Below, piece by piece: positions 1 through 10,900 of a stretch of 64,000 nt of DNA. The translations under genes and the position numbers were made by a program. Each line of letters opens with the position of its first letter. The first letter of the stretch is position 1. Location: IMG/VR virus record IMGVR_UViG_3300044731_002337, positions 186,001 to 250,000 of that record, one strand, 5' to 3'. Below the pieces are notes generated by a model. The model ran no database searches and had not been told where the DNA came from. It saw only the letters and a program-made list of their open reading frames with translations.

Positions 1-758
1 AATTTACGGTGGCTCGAATGGTGAGACGAGAAGATATGCCATTTAATCCTATGACGGGGATGAGTCCAGATTTGTTATTCAATCCTCATAGTTTAACTCG
101 ATCCACTATGGGGATGTTATTGGATATACTTTTCAGCAAAGGGAGGACATTGGAGCCAGAGTTGATTGATGCGTTTGATACGGTGATGTTACATCCGGAG
201 TTGCATAAGAAGAAGTTACGGAAGGTGGAGGAAGTGTTATTGCGTCATGGATTTTCGATAAGTGGTACAGAGATGATGTGTAATGGGAAAACGGGTGAGA
301 TGATGGAATGTCCAATCTTGATGGGTCCAGTGTATGTACACGTGTTGAATCATATCGCCAAGCAAAAATGTCGTCATCGTGATACGGGTCCTATGGCGGA
401 TGGTACGCATGATCCTCAACTAGGAATGAGGCATGGTGCAATGGAAGGATGGAATTTATTAAGTCAAGGATGTACTGAAGTATTCAAAAGCACCAATCGT
501 GAAGAAGGAGATAAGTTTCAAGATTTTTTCTGGTGTGAGAAACATGAAATGCCTGCTAATGGATCTATCGCATTGAAAGTATTCCATTGTCAAGCGTGTG
601 GCAATGCAGATCATGTAGTTCGGTTACAATTACCTTACAAGTTTATATTGATTATGCAAGAGACATTTGCAGCTCATATGGGTCATTCATTACATATCAA
701 ACCAGGAGATGTACCATTTGTGCATGATCCAACTTTGAATTTTTGGAATCAATCATGA
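1..758 (+). CDS. rpb2: DNA-directed RNA polymerase second-largest subunit (Rpb2-like), C-terminal part; 5' end lies outside the window
   Basis: REDMPF..PDLLFNPHS, GKTGEMMECPILMGPVY, GxMEG motifs and C-terminal Zn-binding CEKH...CQAC, LPYKF..MQE; frame is open back to the window start. Confidence 0.93.
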   Translation, partial: FTVARMVRREDMPFNPMTGMSPDLLFNPHSLTRSTMGMLLDILFSKGRTLEPELIDAFDTVMLHPELHKKKLRKVEEVLLRHGFSISGTEMMCNGKTGEMMECPILMGPVYVHVLNHIAKQKCRHRDTGPMADGTHDPQLGMRHGAMEGWNLLSQGCTEVFKSTNREEGDKFQDFFWCEKHEMPANGSIALKVFHCQACGNADHVVRLQLPYKFILIMQETFAAHMGHSLHIKPGDVPFVHDPTLNFWNQS

Positions 759-1144
759 AAAGAAAAAAAGGCATGAAGTTGATTCGTCAAGTTACGAAAA
801 AGGATCGTATTGATAAAACAGATGGTGTATGTGAACCTATTGATAATTCACAGTATCGATGGATGAAGTGGTGTTATCGTGTTGTCATTATGCAAACATT
901 TATTGGATGTCTAGTAGCTTATAGTATGGCAGACATGTCAAAAACTTCCAAATGGTTAGGTTTTGCAATATCACTTGCAATAGGTAATGTATTGATGTTA
1001 ATGTTTACCTTGAATACATCATTAAGTGAAATGGGTACACATCAATATACGAATGTTGAACCGAATAAGCCATGGAATCAAGAGTTTCGAGATCGAATAA
1101 AACAAATTATTGGACCAGGGTATGAAAAATATGTATTAGAATAG
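755..1144 (+). CDS. small two-TM membrane protein, unknown function
   Basis: ATG overlaps the rpb2 stop (ATGA); two hydrophobic segments. Confidence 0.65.
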   Translation: MKRKKGMKLIRQVTKKDRIDKTDGVCEPIDNSQYRWMKWCYRVVIMQTFIGCLVAYSMADMSKTSKWLGFAISLAIGNVLMLMFTLNTSLSEMGTHQYTNVEPNKPWNQEFRDRIKQIIGPGYEKYVLE

Positions 1145-1155
1145 AAAAAAAAAAG

Positions 1156-1371
1156 ATGATGAATAGTCGAGTAAGTACACCTTTATCACCACCTGGTATG
1201 TCTTCAACTCCCCCAAGACCTAAACGTTTATCTGGAAATTATGATCCACAAGCAAATGATATTGATGTCTCATTAGTTAAGATTGTTATGCATCCATCCG
1301 CAGAACATGCCATACTACATCATGCTTTAACAATGATCAAATTAAAGAATATTCGTCCATCATCTACATGA
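1156..1371 (+). CDS. small Ser/Pro-rich hypothetical protein
   Basis: A-run leader then ATG; STPLSPP/STPP motifs. Confidence 0.5.
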   Translation: MMNSRVSTPLSPPGMSSTPPRPKRLSGNYDPQANDIDVSLVKIVMHPSAEHAILHHALTMIKLKNIRPSST

Positions 1372-1433
1372 TGAAAAGAAGACCTTCCGATGTGTAAAAA
1401 ATGGGGGTTTGAAAGAAGGAAATTCATTTACTA

Positions 1434-2387
1434 ATGTCGCAAGCCTTGTCACCATTCGTAGTGGATCGTGGATCAATAAATGGCCATGATAATTATCAAG
1501 GATCAAGAGATTTGTCTCAGCAGCAACAACAACAACAACAACAGCAACAATTGACAGCGCCTCTAATGTTAATGATGCAAGTACTACAAGAAATGTTAAA
1601 GTTGATGCAATGTATGAGGGAAGAAGTTATGTTACGATTACCAAAGAAACGACTTTTGGAAGAAGAAGAAGAGGAAGAATTGGAAGATGAACTAAAGGAG
1701 AGGAAGAAGAAGAAGAAGAAACCTAAACTAATGAAAAAGGTGGAAGGTGATGTCCAGTGTCGAGTTTTTAATTATGAATTGGTATTGATATCGACATTCT
1801 TGATGACCAGAGTTGGATTGGAAAGTGTTTGTATGTTGGAGTTTAATAAGACGTGGGCAGTGGCTGTGAATTCGACTGTCTTGTCTAAAAAATTGGCCGA
1901 ATTGATGAAAAAGAATGGGATGTTATCTCATGTGGAAAGGAGGCAAATGAATAAGAATGGAACAAAACCTTTACGAACATTTTCCAAGGCGAGTTTGAAA
2001 GATGTATTGAAGAGGCAAATGACGCCATTAGGATTATTCAATTACAATACGACTGTAAAACAATTATGGCCGGAAATCAAGACCTCAGACTTGTTATTAT
2101 TTGATGGTGAAGAATGGGTGGATCGATGGAGACAATTATTAATTAGTAATCCACAAGACGTTAAGCATTGGAAAAATGAATTTTCATCATGGGAATGTAA
2201 TGTGGAAGTGGATCAAGTATCACAATGTCAAGGATGGATAGCCTGTCGAAGAGTTATTCCTGATGGACTCTTTCATATTCGTGACGCAGCAGCTGCAGCA
2301 GAAGAGGAAGAAGAGGAGGAAGTGAGAGAAGAAGAAGGTCATCATGTGAATGTAGAATTTGGATGGCGTGTTATTCCCATGGTATAA
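1434..2387 (+). CDS. hypothetical protein with polyQ, polyE and basic (NLS-like) tracts
   Basis: 317 aa ORF; Q10, E-run, KERKKKKKKP. Confidence 0.7.
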   Translation: MSQALSPFVVDRGSINGHDNYQGSRDLSQQQQQQQQQQQLTAPLMLMMQVLQEMLKLMQCMREEVMLRLPKKRLLEEEEEEELEDELKERKKKKKKPKLMKKVEGDVQCRVFNYELVLISTFLMTRVGLESVCMLEFNKTWAVAVNSTVLSKKLAELMKKNGMLSHVERRQMNKNGTKPLRTFSKASLKDVLKRQMTPLGLFNYNTTVKQLWPEIKTSDLLLFDGEEWVDRWRQLLISNPQDVKHWKNEFSSWECNVEVDQVSQCQGWIACRRVIPDGLFHIRDAAAAAEEEEEEEVREEEGHHVNVEFGWRVIPMV

Positions 2388-3228
2388 ATCGTGATGGATC
2401 AAGAAAAATGACCCCAAGAGTAAAATTGTCGTGTTGTCTCTTTTTTGATCGTTGATTCATGAGGCATGTAGTCAATTGTTCATTGGTAGATGATTTGCAT
2501 GTATTTTCAGTCCACAAGGCAATATCTTTTGGGGTAGTTACATCCCAGATACCATCCGAAGCTAATGTAATAAAACATAATGGTTTTTGAATTTTGATGA
2601 CTTGAGGTTTGGGTTGGATAGCATCACCAAATTCAAAATCACCAAAAGATCGAGTCATGTTTAGACACATATTATCTTTTGTTTTATGAGGGGTACAAAT
2701 GTAATTGTTATTTTTGGGGGGTATAGAGATGTGCTGTGGGATTAGTTTGTCAATACGTTTTCTTTCTTTTGGGTTGGAGAGGTCATGATCAGTGGTAAGT
2801 TTTGTATGAGTAGTAACACATTCAGTGCAACGTTTATTCATGGGGTGAGGTGCAACATGAAGAGAGGCGGCAACAGCTGAATCTCCAACGTGAACTATGC
2901 ATATACGGTATCCTAGATCAACATGATCAATAATGATGACAAGAGATAGTGTGGAACCAGACGAGGTAATATGATTTCGTAATTCTGTATTGATACGTTG
3001 ACACATGGGGCGCCATTTACAGTGATGATGTAGAATGGTGTCTCGAACATAGTCGGGGACAAATTGTCGTAACCACTTCATAGCTTGATCACCTCCATGA
3101 CCATCTAATACTCCAAAGACATAACCTGTTTCTTTGGGATTGAGAATAAATGATTTATGTATATATCCATCTTCCATGTATTCTCGCTCATTTCCCTTGT
3201 GGGCTATAAAATCTGCAATATACCACAT
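2371..3228 (-). CDS. PP2C/PPM-family Ser/Thr phosphatase
   Basis: REYMED, FGVLDGHGG, SGST, VHVGDS, TRSFGD, LASDGIWD, HDNFT motifs. Confidence 0.95.
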   Translation of the reverse strand: MWYIADFIAHKGNEREYMEDGYIHKSFILNPKETGYVFGVLDGHGGDQAMKWLRQFVPDYVRDTILHHHCKWRPMCQRINTELRNHITSSGSTLSLVIIIDHVDLGYRICIVHVGDSAVAASLHVAPHPMNKRCTECVTTHTKLTTDHDLSNPKERKRIDKLIPQHISIPPKNNNYICTPHKTKDNMCLNMTRSFGDFEFGDAIQPKPQVIKIQKPLCFITLASDGIWDVTTPKDIALWTENTCKSSTNEQLTTCLMNQRSKKRQHDNFTLGVIFLDPSRFIPWE

Positions 3229-3620
3229 GATGTTTCCTTTTTTTTCAGGGGTATTGTCCTATTTGTTTGGTACTGTAGTTGACTAAAAATAGTCCACAAA
3301 AGTTTTGCCTTGAGATGAGGTATTTCATGGGAAGAAGTAATCGTGGCAACTATCCATTGATAAAATAAGTCCTTGATAAAAAGGATGGAGGGAAATGCTG
3401 GTGGATACAAATATTCTTCACGAAATGATAGCGCGGCATAAAGTAACTCGGCCATAGAAAAGGGGTCAGACGATCGTAATACATGGAGGATTTGTTGGCA
3501 AAGTGAAATGTGCTCTGGGAGATTTTCAAAGCGTTTAATGACGGGTATATGAATGGTGGTATGAAAGACACGGAGTTCATGGATGCGATGATGTTCAATG
3601 AGACGTGTTAAGGGGTTCAT
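3204..3620 (-). CDS. hypothetical protein
   Basis: 138 aa ORF filling the gap, A-run leader upstream. Confidence 0.55.
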   Translation of the reverse strand: MNPLTRLIEHHRIHELRVFHTTIHIPVIKRFENLPEHISLCQQILHVLRSSDPFSMAELLYAALSFREEYLYPPAFPSILFIKDLFYQWIVATITSSHEIPHLKAKLLWTIFSQLQYQTNRTIPLKKKETSCGILQIL

Positions 3621-3666
3621 GAGTTTTTTTTTTTCGGTTGGAAAGTAAAAGAAAAGAGGGAAGAAT

Positions 3667-4095
3667 ATGATTTATGGATTACATGCAGTACCTAAGCTTC
3701 ATCGGAGGGAGAAAACGGTAATTCGTAAAGGGAATATTGTAAGGTATATGACATGGGTAGATCAATTAGGACAAGAATATGAATTGAAAAATGGTAAATG
3801 GACATTAAAACCATGTAAATGGCCAGCAACATTAGTAGAGTATGATCAACATCATCATCTTCATCATCATCATCATCCTATGTTAGAACATCATGGTTCA
3901 TCATCAACTATATTATTACACGAGGTAGATTATTTGATTTTATTTCTAGTGTGTCTCTGGATTATTATTTGGGTAATAGGATTGATTAAAAAAAGTTCCG
4001 ATGGAAATAGGGGATCCACCTATGATTTTTCAGCCGCACCTCATGAATCGTGCCCCTGCCAGTATTATCACTATGTTACGCGAGGACAGGCCTGA
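3667..4095 (+). CDS. His-rich single-TM protein
   Basis: HHHHLHHHHH tract followed by a hydrophobic helix. Confidence 0.6.
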   Translation: MIYGLHAVPKLHRREKTVIRKGNIVRYMTWVDQLGQEYELKNGKWTLKPCKWPATLVEYDQHHHLHHHHHPMLEHHGSSSTILLHEVDYLILFLVCLWIIIWVIGLIKKSSDGNRGSTYDFSAAPHESCPCQYYHYVTRGQA

Positions 4096-5422
4096 ACTTT
4101 CTTCTATTCATTTAGAATTCCTCAAAACATGGCCTATTTGGGAAAGCATGATGCAGTGCTATACGATTGGTGAAGCGTTAGATTTAACCTACATTTACAA
4201 TCGAGAGAGTATGCCCATCATGGCAGGGATCAATGCAGATTGGCCGTATGTCATGGAAACAAATTCATTAGGATTGGCCATGTATCTATGCGATATAGGG
4301 AAAGAACCATTGAATCTTACATCATATGTTCAATCTGCATTTGACCGAGGTTTCCCTTGGATTGTATATATGGTTTTACGACGTTTTCCTCGCCAAATGA
4401 CACTAATCTTGGATACGGGATGGTCAAAGCATGTACCTGTTCCCATGGAAGGAAGGGTAGAGAATTGTATGCAAGTAATGAAAGCATGGTCTGAACACAA
4501 TTATTCGCGAGAGATATGGAGTTTAATGGTGCCAAAGCATTTTGCGATTCATTCGGCGGCGAGTTGGACGATGATCTTAGAGTTGAATAACGCACCTTGG
4601 GAATTATTTTGGCAACATCGTAAGACATCATGTTATTTGAGTCAACAATCCATTTCGCAATTGTTCAAGGTGCAAGGCATGACGGATGATTTTCGATGGG
4701 AAGTATTACAGTCTGAAGCTGGATGGGATTCGTTTATTGTGGACATGTCCTATCAATCTCCCACTTCTCCCTGGTTGCGAGAACAAATTCAAAAACAATG
4801 GCCGAATTGTAGACCGAGTATGCCAAGTTGGTTTGCAGCATTACAACGAGGCGACATACATGCTGTACAAAGCAATCGTCATGTCGCGTATTGGCCCAAA
4901 GAAGCTTTATTAGGCCTATTGTATGGTAAATCAAATCATATCATGGAAATACTACAAGACATAGATACATGGAATCGAATGGGATTAACTCATATCATGT
5001 GTGATATACAAGTAGGGAAAGCTATCATGTGCACAAAGAATGATGACTTGATGCTCGAATGTGTGAAGAGAACTATCCATTCATGTTATGAACCTACGCC
5101 CGAAAACCATCGATTATTAATTCAATTTCGTATGACTCGAACTCTAAGCTATTTACACATCAAAAAGATACAAATGTTTGATGAGACTACCTTTGTCACC
5201 GCTATCTCTGAAGGGTTTGTGGATTTGTTACAAATCTTATTGCAAAAGGCAAATATACCCAAATATGACGAGACATTATGGTATAAACAGTTGCTACACA
5301 TTTACGTGACACGAGGACATACTGTAGATGGACAACGTATGGCCCAATTGTTGGTTGATTATATACCTAGACATGTTGACATATCTCCCATGTTACAAGA
5401 ACAAATAAATCTAATGACTTAA
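4001..5422 (+). CDS. helical-repeat (ankyrin-like) protein; true start probably downstream of 4001
   Basis: repeat-like segments AALQRGDIHAVQ, TFVTAISEGFVDLLQILL. Confidence 0.5.
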   Translation: MEIGDPPMIFQPHLMNRAPASIITMLREDRPELSSIHLEFLKTWPIWESMMQCYTIGEALDLTYIYNRESMPIMAGINADWPYVMETNSLGLAMYLCDIGKEPLNLTSYVQSAFDRGFPWIVYMVLRRFPRQMTLILDTGWSKHVPVPMEGRVENCMQVMKAWSEHNYSREIWSLMVPKHFAIHSAASWTMILELNNAPWELFWQHRKTSCYLSQQSISQLFKVQGMTDDFRWEVLQSEAGWDSFIVDMSYQSPTSPWLREQIQKQWPNCRPSMPSWFAALQRGDIHAVQSNRHVAYWPKEALLGLLYGKSNHIMEILQDIDTWNRMGLTHIMCDIQVGKAIMCTKNDDLMLECVKRTIHSCYEPTPENHRLLIQFRMTRTLSYLHIKKIQMFDETTFVTAISEGFVDLLQILLQKANIPKYDETLWYKQLLHIYVTRGHTVDGQRMAQLLVDYIPRHVDISPMLQEQINLMT

Positions 5423-5664
5423 GGCTGTATGACTATCTGCTCATTACGTTTCATAAGAATGGGGATAAGACCCAAGAGTGCAAATACACCTAAAAGACTA
5501 GCTAAAGAATAACTGCACCATGACCACCACTTACGGTGCACTGGATCATGCGCCATTTCCTGTTTGTACGTACATAAGATCCATAAGCAGGCCATAATCA
5601 CATGAAATGCAATAACTCCTACATGAGCCCATATATGGGATGTTTGACTCACGTTAGTTGTCAT
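5419..5664 (-). CDS. small two-TM protein
   Basis: 81 aa, two hydrophobic helices; shares a TTAA stop with the convergent gene. Confidence 0.6.
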   Translation of the reverse strand: MTTNVSQTSHIWAHVGVIAFHVIMACLWILCTYKQEMAHDPVHRKWWSWCSYSLASLLGVFALLGLIPILMKRNEQIVIQP

Positions 5665-5759
5665 GATTGTTTTTTTCTTTTTTTTTTATTAGGGGTCGAC
5701 AGAAAAACACAAAAAAATGTTGGTGAGAAGAGTAAATAAATAAAAAAAAGAGGGGGGAT

Positions 5760-6692
5760 ATGATTGTTTGGCCTGGACCTTATTGGTTATTATTGCATGC
5801 ATCAGGTTATGTTTATAAACTACAAGCACGTGAGTTTACAGATGAAGAACGAACCTCGATTAAGACTTTTCTAACCTTGTGGTGCAAGTATTTAAAGTGT
5901 AATATGTGTACGGGTCACTGTATGGACTATGCTACATCAAAGCAAGCGAAGATTGATGAATGGAAAACCACAGATGAGTTTTGGAAATATGGGGTTGAAT
6001 TTCATAATCATGTGAATGTGGATACTAAGAAGCCGGAGATATCAATGGAGACTGCAGAACAACATTTATTAGATAAAATTTTACGACAACATCAAGTTAC
6101 GGATCCTAAAAAATTTTCTTGGCTAATGGAAGAGTTTATGCATATGACCACTATGTGTACAGATATGTTTAGTACTTTCCGTCAACTCACATTACAACAT
6201 GATGCTTCGAAAATACCCGAATTGATGGATGAGTTTATGACCTTTGTGAAAAGCTTGACTTTTGTTATGCCGTTTCAATTCTATGAACGAAATGGGAAGA
6301 CTATGAGGGAGTTATGGCGAGAGACAATTGAGTCATGGGATTGGAAACGTATACAGGATGATCCAGCGTTAGTGTATTCTTATTGGAGGGAATTATACAA
6401 TGCACTATATCATCCTTATGATGATTTACATGTACGTTTATCTTCTTATTTTTTACGTGAAATGTTATCGAATCAAAAGCAGCAAATAGAAGAGGCAAAT
6501 AAGACTAGTGAAAAGATGCAAACAGCAACGACAACAACGACAATAGGGGGTTTATCACCTCAAGCCATTATGTTTATAGTTGCTCATTTGGTGTTTTTAG
6601 TGATGATATTAGTGATTATTCGTGTATCCACAAGGAGGAATGAGGTGGAAGATCTGAGGCTTGCATTGCCGTCCCAAACAGGTGATCCATGA
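5760..6692 (+). CDS. Erv1/Alr-family thiol oxidoreductase with a degenerate second domain and C-terminal TM
   Basis: WPGPYWLLLH, CNMC redox motif, FHNHVN; hydrophobic C-terminus. Confidence 0.9.
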   Translation: MIVWPGPYWLLLHASGYVYKLQAREFTDEERTSIKTFLTLWCKYLKCNMCTGHCMDYATSKQAKIDEWKTTDEFWKYGVEFHNHVNVDTKKPEISMETAEQHLLDKILRQHQVTDPKKFSWLMEEFMHMTTMCTDMFSTFRQLTLQHDASKIPELMDEFMTFVKSLTFVMPFQFYERNGKTMRELWRETIESWDWKRIQDDPALVYSYWRELYNALYHPYDDLHVRLSSYFLREMLSNQKQQIEEANKTSEKMQTATTTTTIGGLSPQAIMFIVAHLVFLVMILVIIRVSTRRNEVEDLRLALPSQTGDP

Positions 6693-7221
6693 GGTGAAGT
6701 CCAGCCCCATAATTACGGTAGTGAAATAAATGATGTAATATATGGAAGCCTTGTTTATCATGTATGGTGTTATGGGCTTGTAGTGTATTTTGTAAAAAAA
6801 GGGGGCACAGAATGAGTAGGGTTAATTTGGAAACATAAAGAGGGGTGAAAAGAAGTGGGATGCCAATGATACACCAGTTTTGGAATATGTTTTCTAGAGG
6901 ATGTGCATAAAAAGTGTCAATGGGTTGAGGATGAATGAATTGATGATGGACGTAATGGATATGTTGGAATAAGAAGCGGGTGTGAAGTAGGCGATGTGAA
7001 AAGTAGAGCCATACATCCCCCCATAAAGGAAGTACTACTAAATGCCATGGTTGAAAATCCCAATGATCAGGTATCCATGGACATGTAAGTGCAAATAAAG
7101 TTAACGTATTACATTGCACCAAAACATTATGAGATAAAGAACGTTGATTCATATCAGGCAAATAGCGTGATTGTACATAGAAGAATATTGCCAATACAAT
7201 AATCGTATCTACCATATTCAT
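6616..7221 (-). CDS. sterol desaturase / fatty acid hydroxylase family protein
   Basis: three His boxes SHRLLH, HYVHH, HILHH plus RNYG and D.LFGT; hydrophobic segments. Confidence 0.92.
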   Translation of the reverse strand: MNMVDTIIVLAIFFYVQSRYLPDMNQRSLSHNVLVQCNTLTLFALTCPWIPDHWDFQPWHLVVLPLWGDVWLYFSHRLLHTRFLFQHIHYVHHQFIHPQPIDTFYAHPLENIFQNWCIIGIPLLFTPLYVSKLTLLILCPLFLQNTLQAHNTIHDKQGFHILHHLFHYRNYGAGLHLMDHLFGTAMQASDLPPHSSLWIHE

Positions 7222-7303
7222 GATAAAAAAAGAAAACAGCTTATTGTTGTTGTTTTTTTTGAAATGTGGAAATGGGTAACTTGGTGAGATGGTTGAGCGC
7301 AGG

Positions 7304-7957
7304 TTAGATAAACATGGATTTATAACAGGTTGGGGCTAATGGGTTTTGGGAGATGGACCATAGCCATAAACAAGGGATCATGGGTAGAGGCTCATGGCGA
7401 AACCATAGACGAGTAGTTGCGTCGATTCGAAGTCGGTAATGTCCATCTTGGGATACACGGACAATGAAACCTTGAGGATTGGATAAAATGGGATGCGAAT
7501 TGGACTCAACAGCACATGTAAATTGTCGTAAACGTAACGAAGCAGATTCAGTAATCTCCATAACACAAAAAATCAAGGTGTTTGATTGATATTCACACGT
7601 AAAATGATCGCCCAAATGAATCACGGATAGATTATGTTGATGAATGAGGGAGAGTTTCATGGATTTGTTTAATCGTATTCGTTCCAGTGATAATTGTTTA
7701 CGCAAGGTTTGTACAACATGGGCTGCAACACATTTACGTATTTCCGTGTATGGATGTTTGTCATGGTACGTAATGGAAGAAGATGAAGAAGGGCTGGTGT
7801 TGGATAATACTTGTTTCAATGCTTGTAGATCAAAAGGTAATTGGCTATTCGTAAGTAAATTGTATTGTCTTACTTTAGCCGAAAACAAGGTTAAGAATTG
7901 GGGGGCAAATTGATTCATTCTACAAACTACAATAACATGTAACGAAAAAGTGGACAA
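7304..7957 (-). CDS. hypothetical protein
   Basis: 217 aa ORF, co-directional with neighbours. Confidence 0.55.
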   Translation of the reverse strand: MSTFSLHVIVVCRMNQFAPQFLTLFSAKVRQYNLLTNSQLPFDLQALKQVLSNTSPSSSSSITYHDKHPYTEIRKCVAAHVVQTLRKQLSLERIRLNKSMKLSLIHQHNLSVIHLGDHFTCEYQSNTLIFCVMEITESASLRLRQFTCAVESNSHPILSNPQGFIVRVSQDGHYRLRIDATTRLWFRHEPLPMIPCLWLWSISQNPLAPTCYKSMFI

Positions 7958-7964
7958 TCGGAAT

Positions 7965-10900
7965 TTATGATTGATATTTTTTAGCTGGTTCCAGTGAGGA
8001 TCGCCTTATTTTATGCTCGCCTTTCAAATGATCAATATCTTGTTTAAATTTTTCAACTATAGCTTCATAATTTTGTTCTTTGTTCTTTACATTAGTAGTA
8101 CGAACTGAGTTTATTTGTTGTAAGAAGTTTGTTTGATTTGCTTCTAAAGCCTGAATAGAAAATTGATACTGTAAGTTACGGAATAGTGGAAACAAAACGT
8201 TTAAGCCCTGAGATATATATGGTAGACTCTCTACTACTGATTTATAGAGTGTAGTCTTATCAGATAAGGCCTTATCACCCTTAATTGTTTCGATATCTTT
8301 CAAAAAAATGTCTCCCAATTCTTTACTGTACCTGTCATGCCGAAGATCCACTAGGCCTTTACATATAGAATCGTAATATATCACTTCCTCTTCGTATTTA
8401 GTCTCCTTGCTATCCTTTGCGATACTCGTATTATTCCAAATGTTTTCCATATCTTTCCTAAAAACATTTTTTAATTCGCTCAGCCGATGTGATAGCGCTA
8501 CTGGACTTGGAAGAGAATTTATGTGAATATTTATCTTATCGATACCGCTTTGTACCTTCTCTGCATACTTTATATTTTCTTTTACATTCTCCAATACATG
8601 ATCTGCTGCTTTAGCTATTGTTTCTTTCTTCATGAGGGTTTTCTGTTCTGCGAGTTTTGCTACATCAGTGGTAAGTTCTTTTTGTAGACTATCCCTTAAA
8701 TCTTTATCCGTTATTTGTGCATTGTTAATAGATTGTGTACCGTTAATTTTTACCTGGCTCATCGTATCCCGAAGTGATGTTTCTATCTGTTCTTTTACCT
8801 TTTGTAGTTTGCCCAATTTTTTTTCAAGCAACTTGTCAGCTACATTTTTAAAGTCTTCAGCCCGTCCTAGTCCTTCTGCATTTTTTAAAGTAGCCGTATA
8901 ATTACCTTGTACCCATTCGCGTACTTGGTCCAATTGTTCCAATGATAGATCCTTAGTAATTTTTGTCTTGCTTATCGTCGCCTTAAAAGGTTTGACTGCT
9001 AATTCGTCAAGTTCTAACTCTTTAGTCTTCTCATCAATGATCCTTTGCGCTGATTCTTTGTTGTCTGCTGCGCCCTTAAAATCCTTAGCTAGTTGTTTTG
9101 CGTCGGAGAGTCGATTTGTTGAATTCTTATCACGTTTTAGTTTAGCTATTGATGCATTGAATTTGGATATCAATGCATCGTCAGTCAGGTCTATTAATTC
9201 TACATCACCATCATCGGTTTTAGGGTTCGGTTCAGGTTCTTCTTGATTTTTTTCCGGAGGTTTCGTATTTTTCCCGTCGCTTAATAATAGTGGTGCAATT
9301 TTTCTTTTGGGAATTTTATTGTTGCCCGTAACCCTTGTATTATTTGCATTACTACTATTATGTAATGGTTGTACTTTGGTTCGGTTATACTCTTCTGCTT
9401 GTTCTTTGGCTTTGGTTATTATGTTCGCGTATTCCTTTTCCTTGTTCTCTTCATCATTATTACTTTTCAAAACCTTGTGTAGTTTCTCTTTCATATCGTC
9501 TTTGATTTTACTTATTTCCTGGGGTATTGCATTTTTTCCTCCTTCGATTTTGGGTATGTATGTGGCTATTAGTTTGTCACCAGTTTTTACCCACTTAGAA
9601 TGTTGAATATCTTTTTTCACATCATTCTCTAATTTCTTCATTGTTTGGAGTGGTGCATTTGCATTGTCATAAGAATGAACTTTGACAAATGTAACGGCTT
9701 TATTAAGTTTTTTTTGTATTTGGTTGGACCTTTTATCACTTATAATTTTGTCTTTTGTAGCTTGTTTGATAATTTCAGTAATATTATGTTTACCTTCATT
9801 AATTATTTCTAAAAAAGGCTGCTGTCCAATACCCATTTCGTCTTCAACATCAGGAACAGCATGGTTAGTTCCATCGACTTTTGTACCATCTACATGACTA
9901 CTATTATCTAATGGTCGTGGGTGTACGTTGGTCTTTTTGTACTCTACTAGTTGTTCTATGAGTTTCTCCTTTATGTCATCATACACTGATTCCTTGTCCT
10001 CCAAATCATCATTACTTTTGAAAACCTTGTTTAGTTTCTTGTTTATTTCGGATTTAAATCGAAGTCCTCCGGGTTTGGGTTTAGGTATGTAGTAATTGAT
10101 TAAGTTTGTACTAATTTGTAACCACTTAGAATGTTGAATAATTTTCTTTACATCATTCTCTATTTTTTTCACGTCTTGAAGTACAGCAGTTCCATTGGTA
10201 TATACATGACCTGTGACACGTTCAAGGTCTTCATCAAGTTTTGTCTTTATTTGGTCGAGCGTTATACTATTTACAATGTTATCTTTTGTAGCTTCTTCGA
10301 TAATTTTAGTAATATTATGTTTACCTTCATTAATTATTCCTGCAAAAGGATGATCGACGACAACCCCTTTGTCTTCCACATTAGTCCCATTACCAATCGC
10401 AGAAGCATTTACCGGATTTACTATGTTGCTTGAATTGCTTGAATTGCCAACCTGAGCTTGTGATGAATTGGATTTTGTATCTGTAACACCCGAACTCCTT
10501 CCCGCAACCCATTCATACCACCCACTGAACCAAGGTTTAGCAGGTTGAGCGCCATTACCTGGCTGAGTTTGTGAAGAATTAGTGGTTGTCGTTGTACCAT
10601 TTGATGGGTTAGCAGGATTAGCCGGTTGAGTCCCATTACCTGGCTGAGCTTGTGAAGAATTAGTGGTTGTCGTCGAACTATTTGAGGGGTTAGCAGGATT
10701 AGGTTTGTTAGCGATGTGTTTTCTTTTCAACAAATTAATTTCTGTTTCAATACCAGTAAACCATGTTTCAGCATTTGATGGATTTCTACTATAATGATCT
10801 AAATTTTTCTTATCAATATGATATTTTTGTAAATCGTCTATTGCTTTTTGGTAATTATCGTTATCTGTATATAACTTTAAAGCATCTTCAAACAATTTTT

